Source: Octopus sinensis
Taxonomy: Eukaryota
Length of the DNA: 64,000 bases
Assembly (NCBI RefSeq): GCF_006345805.1
Contig: NC_043004.1
Span: forward strand, 15,128,001-15,192,000
Reading direction: 5' to 3'
The translations under genes and the position numbers were made by a program. The notes under the pieces were generated by a model. It had not been told where the DNA came from. It ran no database searches and saw nothing but the letters and a program-made list of their open reading frames with translations. Position 1 is the first letter of the stretch. Every line of letters starts with the position of its first letter. This document shows, one piece after another, positions 12,826 through 26,609 of the stretch.

Positions 12826-14157
12826 AAAAAATAAATGCAAGACTAAATTCTATACATCCCGAATATTGATTAACAGTTTCAGAATTTGCAGTAAGATGTT
12901 ACTATGTAAATGTGATCTATGTTGTTTAATTTTCATGTCATACGTAATTTGTTATCCATGAATGGAAACGAAAATTGAAAATTTGATTCAGTTAAGTATA
13001 TGGCTAAATATATATGAATAGCAAAACGACTGTTTGTGAGTTTTTATTAATCAGCAGCAAAATATTTACAAATGTTCTAGTAATAGGATAAATCTCGGAA
13101 AAGCCAATTTGTTATGTCTTCCAAAACATCACTAAAGAAATTGGAAATAATGGTTAGGTAAGTGGAATTGACATAACTCTATTATTATCTATTTCGTATT
13201 TCTATACAAAATTCTACTAATCGATAATGTGTGTTATCGCATTTATGATTTTAATCGTCTCCGTATCAGACAGAGAAATTGTGTGGATTACGAATAGACG
13301 TAGATATGAGCGTATATTTCTTCACAGTAGAGATATAAAGAAATGGTATCATAATATATGTATTTTCAAGAATTTTCTGGGTTACGAGATTGAAGTGCTT
13401 ATTATTAAGTGTTGTGCTCAATAATACGTGACCTTGAACAAATGCTAGAGATCAGTATTATCCTAATATTGCAGAAATATTGATAAAGATTAGAAAGTAC
13501 TAATAAACGTTAAAATCTCCAGAAGTTATGTCGGCGAAGTTGTAACTTATCAATGTAGTGTACTTGAGTTTCTTGTGATACAGAATCTAACCTACAAGTC
13601 TGAAGCGTTTAGAGAGTCTGTAAAGTAATTACCAGTTTGAAATGTAGTTTTCAATACATAATTCAAAATTATTTTGTTTACGTTGCACCATTACAAATCA
13701 GTAGAGAGTGTATATAACACTACATCTATATACTTCAGGCTAGAGGGGTAGATTTTGTTTTTGAGGTGACACGTGTACACTATATTGATAAGCTGCATTT
13801 ACGGCGAAATGTGTATCTCTCACGGTCGCTAATAACATGTTATCAAAATGTTATCAACATGTTTATTAACTCGTTGTCATCATTATCAATGTTTCTGGTA
13901 TGTTCAGATAATACTGATCTCTAATATTGGTACGAGGTCACATATTCTTGAAGAGAGTATTGTATCAACGCAATACTTGTTGAGATTCTTGATGCCGAAA
14001 ATTCTTAAAAGCAAAGGTACGATAAGCCCATTTCCTCATAACTCTACTGAGAAGAAACTGACTTGTGAGGTGATTCTGCTTCGCCTACCATTATACACAC
14101 ACACACACACACACACATACACACACACACATACAAACACACACACATATATGTATG

Positions 14158-14197
<40 letters not shown>

Positions 14198-15054
14198 GCG
14201 CGGTATATGCATTTTTATAATTAATCTTAATAAACAAATGTTATCAATAGGCCCATATTCAGTGAATACATCAATTCAGAGATATACACGTTCAATAACA
14301 CGCACAAATATTTTAAAATAAGTAAAAAAAATTAAAGAAATAAAAGATTTTATCGAACATGATGGTGTTATTTTATCTCTTTTATCTCTGTTTTATCTAT
14401 AGAAAAATTTTAATTGCCCAGTATTATGCTAACAAACAATCAAATCATAAGCCTCTGCTATTTTTGATAAACAGTGTATCTAGCAGGATATTTATGATGC
14501 AATCTGCCCTCTAGGTTAAAAATCAGGAAGGTCAAATTTGAATAAGATTTTACGGCTGCGTACCAGCAGCGAAGTGACAACGTAAAGATTATGTAGAAGG
14601 CTCATCACCACATAGTATTTTATGTTCTGGATTGATCAAAGCATATCCGCACCTAGATATTGTCAAAAAAATTTGCGATTCCCTACTAATTAACAACCAA
14701 TCACAGAACAAGGACAATTTCTTGACACGAATCACATTAAACAGCCATCCATTATTCCAAGCCGCTACGTGCTGACGTGCTAACTTTTAATCTATAAGAA
14801 TAATTGCTGGCATGGACCATTCGTTTATGACATCTTTATGCTCTTCAACGCCCTCAATAACACATTAGCTATCATCTCTTCTTAGCATATCCTGTGTGAA
14901 CGTAACTACTCGCATGGATGAATTCTCGCGTATCGAATGCTGATCAGTCTAATGTTATATTAGTTGAGATTATTCTTTGGATATTTAACCTAACATGCAT
15001 AAATCACTGGATGATTCCTGATCAAACCACACACAGAAACCTGCATCTATCCAT

Positions 15055-15094
<40 letters not shown>

Positions 15095-15329
15095 GTATAT
15101 ACATACATATGATGTCGGTCGAGTTAGTCTCGTGGTATTTCAGTGTTTCGTCAGTAAATGTACAGAATATTCAAGGATGCTATTTGCTATATGCTATGGA
15201 ACTCACGGGAAGATCCTGTACATCTTTACTTAAAACACTGAGTAGTGACTGATTCGACCGAAGATATTTTGTCAATCACTACCATAGGACCGAATACTCT
15301 TACGACAGTTAAACATATATGTATGTATA

Positions 15330-15577
15330 TACGTGTGTGTGTATGTATGTATGTATGTATGTATGTATGTATGTATGTATGTATGTATGTATGTATGTAT
15401 GTATGTATGTATGTATATATATATATATATATATATACATATACACACTCACGCATATATATATACACACAGTTTTTGTGATATTTTTGCTGCTTTTCAA
15501 TGAAGCATATTAGTCTACCTCTGGTATTCGAGTACGATTTTTGTCCAACTTGTTTCGCATTTATGTGCCTACTCCGT

Positions 15578-15647
<70 letters not shown>

Positions 15648-15740
15648 TGTGTGTGTGTGTGTGTATGTGTGTGTGTGTGCGTGTGTGTGTGTGTGCATGC
15701 ATGTGTGTGCGTGCGTGCGTGTGTGTGTGTGTGTGTTTGT
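15330..15740. repeat. (ATGT)n, (TA)n and (GT)n microsatellite cluster
   Basis: direct reading. Confidence 0.95.
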
Positions 15741-16149
15741 CCAGAGTCTATCTCTTGCATCATTTGCATAATATCTGTGATTTGACATTTCTTCATAACA
15801 GATTGTATTGTAGGTCAATCGAGTTTATTGAATAAAAAATCCTGACCGATTTACCGCACAACGTGGCTGCGATGATAATATCTTAACCCCACAGCCACAT
15901 ACACATTTCGATACTTATTCAGCTCGGATCGATGCTTCGTATAGCTGATCTGTTTCTAAACCTAATTGAAACAAAATTTCAGTGCGGATATAATTGTGAA
16001 AATCAGAGATAATTGTGAAATTATTGTAGACACAAGTTTGTTTGAAAGCACAAATGAATTTCCATTATGAATATCGGTTCGATAAAATTAGTATACTTAT
16101 TCATCTGAATCAAGTTTTTGTGAAGTCCTACTGTATTTTATTGAGAGAA

Positions 16150-17200
16150 AGCTATTACAAAGACACCATTAAGGGCTTTTATGGACAATATTAGTGTATC
16201 GTCGGAAAATAAAGAAGCATGAGATGGATCTTTAGAGCGGTTGAACGAGTTAATAACGTGGGCGAGAATGAAATTCAAAACCAAGAAATTTCGAAGTGTG
16301 TCATTCGTCAAAGGAGTCCGAAAGAAGTGAAGTTCAGAACAGCAAGGCAAATAAATACCAAGGGTGAAATGACAACCAGTAAAATGTCTCGGCAGATGGT
16401 ATAGAGGTTTTTTAAATGATAAGAAGCAAAGCAAAGAAACACATGTACATTTGGTGCAATGTAGTCAACAGGGACATTGCCTGAGATGGGAGGAATATGT
16501 GGTCAATCGCAGAATCTCATGGAAGGAAGTTTGGGGAACAAGCAAGAACATCCTTCTTTATCAAGTCTACCTTCGACGTTTTACCTTCACCGGCCAATTT
16601 ATTCTGGTGGAACTTACAAATTGACGAAGAAAGCTACGGTGAGATATGTTCTGTGAAACTGCAGGCTAGTATTAGATAAATATACCTGCGGTCACAACCA
16701 AATCCTCGGTGTCATAAGTGAAGCACTCAAGAAGATCGGGGGATATAATAGGAGGGAATACCCAAAAGGATATACTTCCAGAAGGAAGGGAAAAGACCAG
16801 GACTTAAAAAAAAGTATGCGAGACAGACGAAAGATGGGAAGGATACTGGGAGCTGGCCGTGGATTTGTAAAGACTTAATCCTATGGAACACAGAACGTAA
16901 GATTGGGATTTTGCTAGAGCAGACAGTGCCATGGGAAGAGAACATCACTAATGCAGAGCAACAGGAGAGGAAGTATGAGAGATTAATCGAAGTATGTGGG
17001 CAACAGGGGTTGGCTATCGAGCATTACCACCTGGTAGTGGGGGTTAGGGGCTTCATTGAAAAATGGCGACGTTATTTAAAAGAAGGTTTGCATTTTCGAT
17101 CACAGTACTGAGAAATGTAATAAGGAGGATACAGAAGGCATTCGACAAGGCCAGCTTCTATATGACTGAAAGGAGGAAGACTCGAAATGGCTCGAAAGCC
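16150..17200 (+). mobile_element. decayed RLE-type non-LTR retrotransposon (NeSL/R2-like): RT core, Zn-knuckle region and restriction-like endonuclease
   Basis: LRAFMDN (F/YxDD position), WARMKFKTKKFRSV, PVKCLGRWY, FIKSTFDVLPSPANL, HNQIL, DLILWNTERKIGILLEQTVPWEEN...RKYERL...VGVRGF; many stops and frameshifts; the RT thumb region appears deleted. Confidence 0.88.
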
Positions 17201-18455
17201 AGAATATGTCGACTGGGAAATAGCAGGGGAGGCCGGCTGACACTTAAACAGCATTACTGCATGACAGATGGGCCGAGAGAACCATCTCGCTCATTGCACA
17301 TCAACCTCCCCGATAGTTCGAAGGCTTGTACCACTGGTACTGAAACTTTGTTGGATGGCCTATAGAAGGCGCATGTCAAAACTACGTGTCCCCCCCCCAT
17401 TTGTCAGTAGACTGTGCAACGCGCGAGTTAGTCGACGCGGGCTGTTGAAACTTAGACAGATAGCTGGAGCTGGCTGTTGGAGCGGATTGAAAAAGGAAAT
17501 TTGGCAGGATGCTTATACGCCCGCTGACATTCGTTGACGCTGCATGGAAGACAAAACAACCGAAGAAGAATAAATCACACTCAATACCAGAGTTAAAGAC
17601 ACCTCTAAAAGGGGAAGCTTCATGTCGGAAAACGGTAGAGGAATGGGGTCTGAAACTGGACGTGGTTCCTTCTGATGATGACCTTATCTACTGGATCCTA
17701 TAAAGGAGTTGTTGAGTTAGCGAACTACGAAATTTGGTTGGAATTCCTCCACGTATATCTAAATTACACAAAGTGAAAACTTCAAGAGATGATTCAGTAA
17801 TGTGGTCGCTACGCATTCTCGAAACAACATCCCATCGCTCAAATGCTATTCTAATGTCTTCAGAAAAGACACACAGCATAATACATTCTCATCCATAGTT
17901 CTTTATAATGAAGTTTAAACCTGAGCAATGTTGCCCCAAGAAGAACGCCGTGTAAAATAGATTTTAGACGTTTGGGTAATATATAATGTTCAGGATAGGC
18001 AAATAATAAACATTATTTAAAGTCAATTAAGATACTAGGCAACTCAAATGCTACTTATGAATCACTGCATATACCTTCAAAGTATTACTTCACTGCTAAA
18101 ACAAAGAGCCCCCACTGTAAACGAGAACTTTCATCTAAAAATTAAATGAGATTATGTTTGTATTAAGAAGCTAACTAAATCTTTTAATACATTATCATAG
18201 AAATAATTAACCTCGCTTAAATTATATACTTTCCTGAAAGACTTCCTTGCGCATATAATTCGAAATACATGTTATTAAATTCATACATCCATAAATATTT
18301 ACACACACACACACCTCAATGTTTGCTTTTAGGAGCTTTAATGTTTGAGTTTTAATGTTTAATGTTTGTTATTATATAAAAACAGTTCAACACTCAGTTC
18401 AAAGATTTCTCAACGAATTTCTCGAGGCTTTATTTATTAGGTTTCACAAAAAAAA

Positions 18456-18530
18456 ACAATGTTAACAGTAACTTCTAATAGTCGGTGTGCTCACTGTCTG
18501 ATGACGCCGAAAAAGCCGAAAATTCGAAGT
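18456..18530 (+). ncRNA. degenerate hammerhead-like motif (type III topology)
   Basis: TTA|ACAGT...ACTGT-CTGATGA-cgccgaaaaagcc-GAAA; stem I ACAGT/ACTGT is perfect, stems II and III are imperfect. Confidence 0.35.
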
Positions 18531-19023
18531 TGCTGTCAACCTATTCAAATATTGTAAATATTAATAAACATACACGCCAATGTAAAAACGTATACATAAC
18601 AAAATTATTAATAACGAAACTTATTTCATCGACCTGAACTATCACATATTTTTAATTGAATATCAACAACGTATCAGTAAATTATTTGAGCCACTATGTA
18701 TAGCAAGAGTGAACAATTTGTCTTCTAAAGTTTAAAAAATCAGTCAATAAAATCGCCTTCGTAATTTCTGTTTTTTTTATGAAAATGCAATGATTTTTAT
18801 TTCATATAATTCCTGAGTACTTTGGTTTGATCGAATACTCCGTATTTTGCATAATTGGATTCCAACCTAGAGTTGTTGACTTAGAATTCTGTCAATAAGT
18901 TGTTAATAAAAGACATATATCAAGTATAGTTTATCAATGACTAAAAGTAGTTATCGGTTATCAATACTCAACAATTACAATAGAAGAAACATTTCAACAC
19001 AGAAAAAAAAAACACAGATAGCA

Positions 19024-19080
<57 letters not shown>

Positions 19081-19296
19081 AATAAAATAAATTATCTAAA
19101 GTATATATATAAAAAAATGTACAACAAATAAACTTCAGAGTCAGGTATTGAAACGTCTGGGTTCTGACTAGATGAAAATGTCAGATGCAATTTCAGTGAA
19201 AACAAATTTTTCATTGATATATTGTCAATATATTCATTGCTTGTTGACATCTTCATAGGTTGAATATACAAACATATAGAAGCTGATCTATATATA

Positions 19297-19327
<31 letters not shown>

Positions 19328-19353
19328 CATATGTGTGTGTGTAACTAATATAT

Positions 19354-19411
<58 letters not shown>

Positions 19412-19626
19412 AATGTAATGTTTCATGCAGCTAATCAATAAAATATATAAGTATCAACAATAGATTCAATAAGCGCTTGACGGGAATTTTTACTCTTTCA
19501 CTGGTCTCACACATAAGGCAGAGGCTCTAGCATCGAAATCACTAACACGACAACGCACGCACACAGAAACACACATACTCATAAACATATTTACAAACGC
19601 GAAGATCTCTACTTCTCTCGGTCTCA

Positions 19627-19686
<60 letters not shown>

Positions 19687-19696
19687 GCATATTCAT

Positions 19697-19731
<35 letters not shown>

Positions 19732-19738
19732 CCTATCC

Positions 19739-19769
<31 letters not shown>

Positions 19770-19778
19770 CATATTCAT

Positions 19779-19821
<43 letters not shown>

Positions 19822-19822
<1 letters not shown>

Positions 19823-20089
19823 GAAGCCTTCGACACCATCCTCCACAACATACCCCTCCTAAAAAAAGACCACAGAATGAACACAATCCTCCAAACACAC
19901 ACGATCATAAAAAGCAAAAGACAGTCTAAATCCATGAAAAGTCTCCTTACACAAGCCCGAATTCACTCCTCAACACAGAAGCCGACAGTAAAAAAATGTG
20001 GAAGACCCAATTGCGGGATATGCGACTATCTAATTGAGGGATCAGAGTTCTCCTTCAAGCAGGGACAACGGTTTACAGTGAAAAGCAAC
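19822..20089 (+). mobile_element. Penelope-like element fragment (RT-EN linker with Cys motif)
   Basis: [20 protein letters not shown]...[33 protein letters not shown] matches the RQPxNLKxLL...KCxxxxCxxC linker that precedes GIY-YIG in PLEs; both ends fall in (TA)n. Confidence 0.8.
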
Positions 20090-20113
20090 ATATATATATA
20101 TACCTATCCATAC

Positions 20114-20144
<31 letters not shown>

Positions 20145-20201
20145 CATACACACACACATATAAATATATATATATATACATACACACACACTCACCCACA
20201 G

Positions 20202-20246
<45 letters not shown>

Positions 20247-20278
20247 CATGCATAAAATGAAGGCTCATTATTATAGTT

Positions 20279-21503
20279 ATAGCAAACTGAGTAAAAATTA
20301 AGCAACGTTTTAAGACATGGAATTTATCACTATATATTTCAACAATGCGGAAATTGTATTCATCAAAGTATGTGTACCATTACAATCAACACATTTTTCG
20401 CCAACGAGTTACAAGTTTGTTTATTGTGGTAACATAAAAATCTGGAGTCCTGTAGCTGATGAATACTTTGAACACACTTTCAGCATCAGTTTGATTTTTG
20501 AACCCGTTCTCTCGCAGTAATTCCTCGAGGTTATTGAAAACGTGGTAGTCGGCAGGAGAAAGGTCGGATGTAAGCTGGGTTGGGAAGAACTCCATAGCCA
20601 ACTTTTGGAGCGTCATTAGTGAAATGTGTTCGAGCATTGTCATGAAGAATGATAGGCCTTCGTCTGTTGCCCAGCCTGGAACGAGGATTAGCAGATTTTC
20701 GTTCATTTTGGCACATACATATCGATATATTTCTGTTGTAATCGTTTCTCCGGGTTTTAATAGGTTATAGTGGATGAGTTCAGAAGTACACCAAAAACAG
20801 TCACCATAAGCTTCTTTTTGAAGAGCTTGGGTTAAGGGAATGTTTTCGGTGCTTCATTCTGTTCCAGCCATTGTGAAAAACGTTAAAAGTTAAAATACGG
20901 CCAAAAAGTGCATCTATTTGGTTACTGAGAAGAAGCGACGAGTAAATTTCATATCTGCGCATTTTCAAATCGTGTGGTACCCATTTGTCGAGCCTTTTTT
21001 ATTTTCCGATCGCATGCAAATTGTTGCAGGCAGTTTTCTGGATAACTAGAATTTCTTTCGCCACTTCTCGAGTGATTTTACGTGGATCTTTCTCAATGGC
21101 AGTTTTTAATTGACCGTCATCAATGACAGATGTGTGCCCAATACGCTCATGAACTTCAAGTCTCAGGTCTTCACAACGGAATCGTTTAAATCATTTTCGA
21201 GTTGACCACTCACTGGTCATTTCCTCACTAAATGTTGATAGCGCAAGATATTTCAACTGCTTGGCGTTCTGTTTTGAAGCTGAATAGCAAAATTGCTCGA
21301 ACATCGAGCTTTGACAGTTCCATTTGAGATGATTGTAAGAACGGTAAAAAAAAATGTTAATTTATTGATGCATTTTGGCGAGTCTATGACTGTATCATCA
21401 AACAATTGCAAAAAAATGTCTTTAAAAATTTCAGAATTCTGTAAAATTCCGGTACAAATACTTGGCAGTTCAAAACGTTGTTTACTTTATACTGAACCTG
21501 ATA
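20279..21503 (-). mobile_element. near full-length decayed mariner (Hsmar1/SETMAR-like transposase) with both TIRs
   Basis: ATG at 21323: MELSKLDVRAILLF...RLDKWVPHDL...LIHYNLLKPGETIT...IILHDNAR...DLSPADYHVF...INKLVTRW; TIR remnants 20288-20311 and 21472-21495 match 20/24 as reverse complements; the DEKW region is deleted. Confidence 0.92.
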
Positions 21504-21507
21504 TATA

Positions 21508-21605
21508 AGGTGGTGAGCTATCAGAATGGCTAGTATGCCGGACAAGATCCTTAACAACATTTCATCCGTTTTTACGTTCTTAGTTCCAAATCTGCCAAGA
21601 CCTTC
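21508..21605 (+). mobile_element. SINE family 1 head, diverged
   Basis: AAGGTGGTGAGCTATCAGAATGGCTAGTATGCCGGAC...TTACGTTCTTAGTTCCAAAT resembles the 5' end of the 60542 and 50095 copies. Confidence 0.65.
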
Positions 21606-22442
21606 ATATGATATACAGCCATATACATATGTACGCAAGCCCAAGCATAAGAATACACACACAAACACACACATACGTTGATTAATGACATATTGTATGT
21701 ATCTTGACAGTATGTGAATTATATCCACACCTTCATCTAATTATTTCTCTGCAAGCTAAAAGTGTGAGTATCAGTGACTCAAACAATACTTTCTAAGAAA
21801 ATATACGCATGTGCAGTGATATTTAACACCTATCTTTGCACACAAAAACAGGAACAAATTTCGCCGCGGAAATGTTCTCAAGAAATTCTATCCCACATAG
21901 AATATATCTGCAATCGCTGTTTGGTATAACTGACGTCATCGGATAGTTAGGCACATACGTTTATGCCTTGTTGCACGTCGTTAACTACGAATAGTGAATC
22001 CTTCCACTTTAGCCATAAAATGTCGATAGTTCATACAGAGAAAGAGAGTGAGTAAATGATTTGTTGGTGAGCGTAAATCTTGGTCAGGTGTGAATATACA
22101 AACTAGACCCGCAGAAATTTGAAGACGTAAATTCACAGCCTAATAGATTTTCACATCTGAAAACGAGGAACTATATCAACTGATAATAGTTCTGCAGGGA
22201 TAGGTTTTTCGACTTCCAAGGATCCGTGTTCAATATGATTGTACACATGTACCTATACATACAAGCTTACATACATGCGCACATACGAACATACACACGT
22301 ACATATATTTGCATTCATACACGCACAACCATATATCAGTGCAAATCTTTTTTACGTAGTTATGATGAACAAATATGATTTCGTTATATACAACTTGTAC
22401 TGCAAAATAATTGAAACCGACTTTCACAGCTTTTGTGTTAAT

Positions 22443-22474
<32 letters not shown>

Positions 22475-22534
22475 GTATGTATGTATGTATGCTTGTATGT
22501 ATGTATGTGTGCATGTATGTATATGTATATGAAT

Positions 22535-22596
<62 letters not shown>

Positions 22597-22948
22597 TATA
22601 TACATACAAGCAATGAATGAAACAGATATGGAAACTCACTTACAAGACTTCAAGATTGTGCATGAATGATACGATGATTACCGCACCTTTTCAGCTGTCC
22701 TCAGGCCGGTTCCCTTAGCGTCAGTAAAACATACACGAAAAAACAGACCCGCGAGTGTATAATATACTATTGTAAATTGTATTTAGCACGTTGAAGTGCA
22801 TTCCAACGCACTAACGTTTGTATATGTTTGTATCTGTCTGTCTGTCTGTCTATCTGCCTGACTGTCTGTCTGTCTATCTGCCTGTCTGTCTTTCTTTCTC
22901 TCTGTATATATAGATAAATACATACGCACACACATACACACACATACA

Positions 22949-23042
<94 letters not shown>

Positions 23043-23953
23043 TTATATATATATGTATATGTATAAACATATTTCTATGTAAATATAAATATATATACAG
23101 ATATATTTATATATATATGTATATATACATAATATATATATATATGTGTGTGTGTGTGTGTATACACATACATAATACATGCATACATACATATACACAT
23201 ATACACACACACACACACAAACACACTCACACACACACCTATTTTGCTAGCTTTCAGCAAATTAATGTTAAGAAATTCAAAATCCGTTTAACACAAGCAC
23301 ACCTACTTATACGTGCACAAATGAACGTCATATCTGACTGCAATTTTCTCAATAAACAACTGAATAATTTTACCATATGTGTTTGGTCAGTATAGGCGCA
23401 GATCCATCTCTATGTAGTTAAGATGAACAAATCTGATTTCTTTCTGTACAAGTAAGGGAGAATAATCGAAATGTACTTTTACCAATTCATCACAAGTTTT
23501 GCATTAATTTGATATGTATCAAATATTTTGGATTATTTCTGACCAAGATTGTATTATATAATCTGTTTTCAATCATTTTGATATACATATCGATCAGTGA
23601 TACTGTTTTCTCAAACGTTATGGTCGTTAAGTATCAATCCATTTAGTAGCGGTAATAACAAAAGTAATTTCCCCAGATCTTGGAATATTGCCCGAAGCCA
23701 ACTTCAATATAATGCTCTATGCAACGTAAGCATGCTTCGATACACTGATTGGTTTCGTTCATATCCTGTGTCACAATTTAGTTTGTACATGGACATACCA
23801 TCGATCCAAACACGACTTATGTGCGTTCGTGTGTGTGATTGTTTTGTCAGCGTGAAGAGGAGTATATATGTATCATAAATGTGTTGTGCCCCCACCATAC
23901 CCGCACGCATTCAGTTATATTTATATAAATATGTACATATACATGCACACACA

Positions 23954-23998
<45 letters not shown>

Positions 23999-24004
23999 AC
24001 ATAT

Positions 24005-24035
<31 letters not shown>

Positions 24036-24105
24036 CTACACATATATATATATATATATGTATATATGTATAAATATATATATATATATAAACACACACA
24101 CACAT

Positions 24106-24157
<52 letters not shown>

Positions 24158-25019
24158 ATACGGACATGCATATAGGTATGCATAAACATATCTACAATTA
24201 TACAAACAGGAAAAATTATAGATAAATAGTTAATAGTTAGATGGACAGATGGGTAGATAGAGAAAGGGAAAGAAAGAGAGAGAGAGAAAGAGAGAGATCA
24301 TGGAAATCAAGCTAAACTGATGATCAGCATTTCTATCATGTTAATTATGAGAAACGCTTTGAAGGCGCGATTACAATGTAGTAACGGTGACATTATGAAT
24401 TATGCAACAAACAAGTGAAGAAAACTTTCAATATTGAAATATATCTACATGAGAAACTAACAAAAGGGAGGAAATAGTTGCTGTATCGTCTACAATGGAA
24501 GTGCTAGCTTTAACCATAATTAATAATGTCGATGACGAAGGCGTTGATTTATCTGGTTTAGGCGGAAATGTCCGTCCAATTCGTTATCTCGATAATGTAG
24601 AATCGATAATTACCGAATTTGTTTAGGATTTGCATTTGATAAATGAGCAATCGCTAACAATAACAGCAATCATTAAAGTAACAATAATTACAGAAACTAT
24701 CATAGATAACATGATAGATCAATGATGGCAATCTTAGATTAATGGCTAATAAATATACGGGAATCATTGTGCTTCTTAAACCGGATAGGTTTTGAAAAGA
24801 CGATAATGTCTAAATTAAAAAAAAAAAACAGTAATTTGTAATGTACACTCTGATTGATTAATAGATTCGTGTGTTAACCACCGGGAAAATTTTCGGCGAA
24901 GTGTTTGACACATTCGAAGTAACTAATAAATATTTGAATAATTAGCGAAACTGTTAGGCACAGATTCACACGTATGTCTCCATTTAATTAGGAAAGCATG
25001 CATGTACATTCGTTTATAT

Positions 25020-25069
<50 letters not shown>

Positions 25070-25197
25070 ACTAAATAATTCCAACTCCTACCAAAAATCA
25101 TCTGCTCTCCCAAAAACTATGTACTCCCTGTAAATACAATATCAAACGAACAGCTGTCATATATTAGCACAGACTCCTGCCACCCCCTTTAGTTTTC

Positions 25198-26545
25198 TAG
25201 AACCTAATGATGGGTGTAAGCAAGAGGATCTCGAATCTATCGACGCCGCGGACCCCTACTAAAACTAGTAAGTGGAATCGAGTGGGTTTAAGGACCACCA
25301 CTCCCATGCTAGTCACTGGCACCCGGAAAAGGAAGTACCGCAGAAACATTGTTTGGTTTGCTTCACCCTTCTCGCTCAATGTGTAGGAGAGATTTTCCTT
25401 AGATCAATAGATAAACATATCAAATGTAGACAGATACAAGCAATTATTTAACAAGCACAACCTGAGAGTCTCCTTTAGTTGTGCACGTAACGCAAAAAGC
25501 ACCCACAATACAAAGGAGGAGACAGGTTGCTCTTCCAGGGTATACAATAATTGTCCAGCAGGAGGCCGATACGAGGCCGAACGGGTCATCTATGAAGCTA
25601 CCTAGACTTGTTATCTGCATTACCAGCAATGGATTATCCAACAGCAATAATAGCAGATTAACCAGGTCTCACGCCAGTACAATCAGCAAAGCCAGACCTG
25701 ATGACCAGTCCGGAATTAGCGACACAGAAGAGGTATCCAGCGTCCCCAGACCACCAACACAGAGGATGACCTAATAAGTATCATCGACACCGATGGGGTG
25801 ACTGGCTCCGCACCATATATTACCATCCACACTAACGCTTACAGCTACATTGCCAACCATATGACCAGAAACAATAACCACGGTAATAACACCACCGGAT
25901 CATTGCGTCATATCGACAACCTCAGCAGCGGTGTTACAAACAGAATCTCCAGGCCCGGCGTCTACCAGATATATACAAGGAGTGCGAATATAGCCACATC
26001 CCAAGTTTCTGAATATATTGGATCAGCCAGTACATCTTTCAAACTTCGCTTCTGTCTCCGCAACCACCAGTCATCGTTCAGTGTCGCAGAAAGACGTTTT
26101 GTCACGTCCCTGGCCAGCCAGGTGTGGCACTTCGAAAAGCAAGGGACCACATGTGATATCAGGTGAAATATAATCCAGACCCATATATTAATGGTAGTGG
26201 CCGCTGCAAAATCTACATCCAGAGAAAACCAAAATTCTTAAGGACTATGCAAATACTATCGCGTTAAGTAGTCGTAAAGAATTTTTCTTTGAATGTGTCC
26301 ATTTCAAGCGCTACCAACTTGAAAATTGGATTTCTACGTTTGCTGATTAGGCTATTTCGAGTTTCTATCCTCTGGTCCAGGGGAGATAACCCGTGCTCAT
26401 TTTCGTTTTTATAAGTTAGCCGTTAAATCTCAAGTGTTGAGCGTCTTCCTACGTCCGCATGGTGGTAAGTTTAACTTTCTTGTATATAGTCTGATGTGTG
26501 GCTTTCGTGGATACGAATTCTTTGGAAACTATGACAAGAATTTAA
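25198..26545 (+). mobile_element. Penelope-like element 3' portion (RT thumb, Cys linker, GIY-YIG endonuclease, 3' terminal region), pseudogenised
   Basis: RRNIVWFASPFS, LFNKHNLRVSFSC, CPAGG..VIYEAT, YIGSASTSFKLRF..NHQSSF, TSLASQVW, LSSRKEFFFECVH; HHR-like motif at 26478-26539. Confidence 0.88.
26478..26539 (+). ncRNA. degenerate hammerhead motif in the PLE 3' end
   Basis: TCTTGT..ATAGT-CTGATGT-...-GAAT-...-ACTAT.ACAAGA: stem I pairs over 11 bp; core has A9 and A15.1 substitutions; no clear NUH triplet. Confidence 0.4.
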
Positions 26546-26557
26546 CATTTTGTTTTA

Positions 26558-26592
<35 letters not shown>

Positions 26593-26609
26593 GTGTGTGT
26601 GTGTGTGTG

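Noticed and set aside
24310-24375. CTGATGA...GAAA hammerhead-like string
   Set aside because: No NUH triplet and no stem I; the same applies to the hits at 10190, 22700 and 43676
26164-26166. In-frame TGA in the PLE endonuclease as possible selenocysteine (reported for some Naiad PLEs, as I recall)
   Set aside because: It falls at a conserved Trp position (I-x-W-x-I), so TGG to TGA decay explains it; the Cys positions carry TCC or TAC, not TGA
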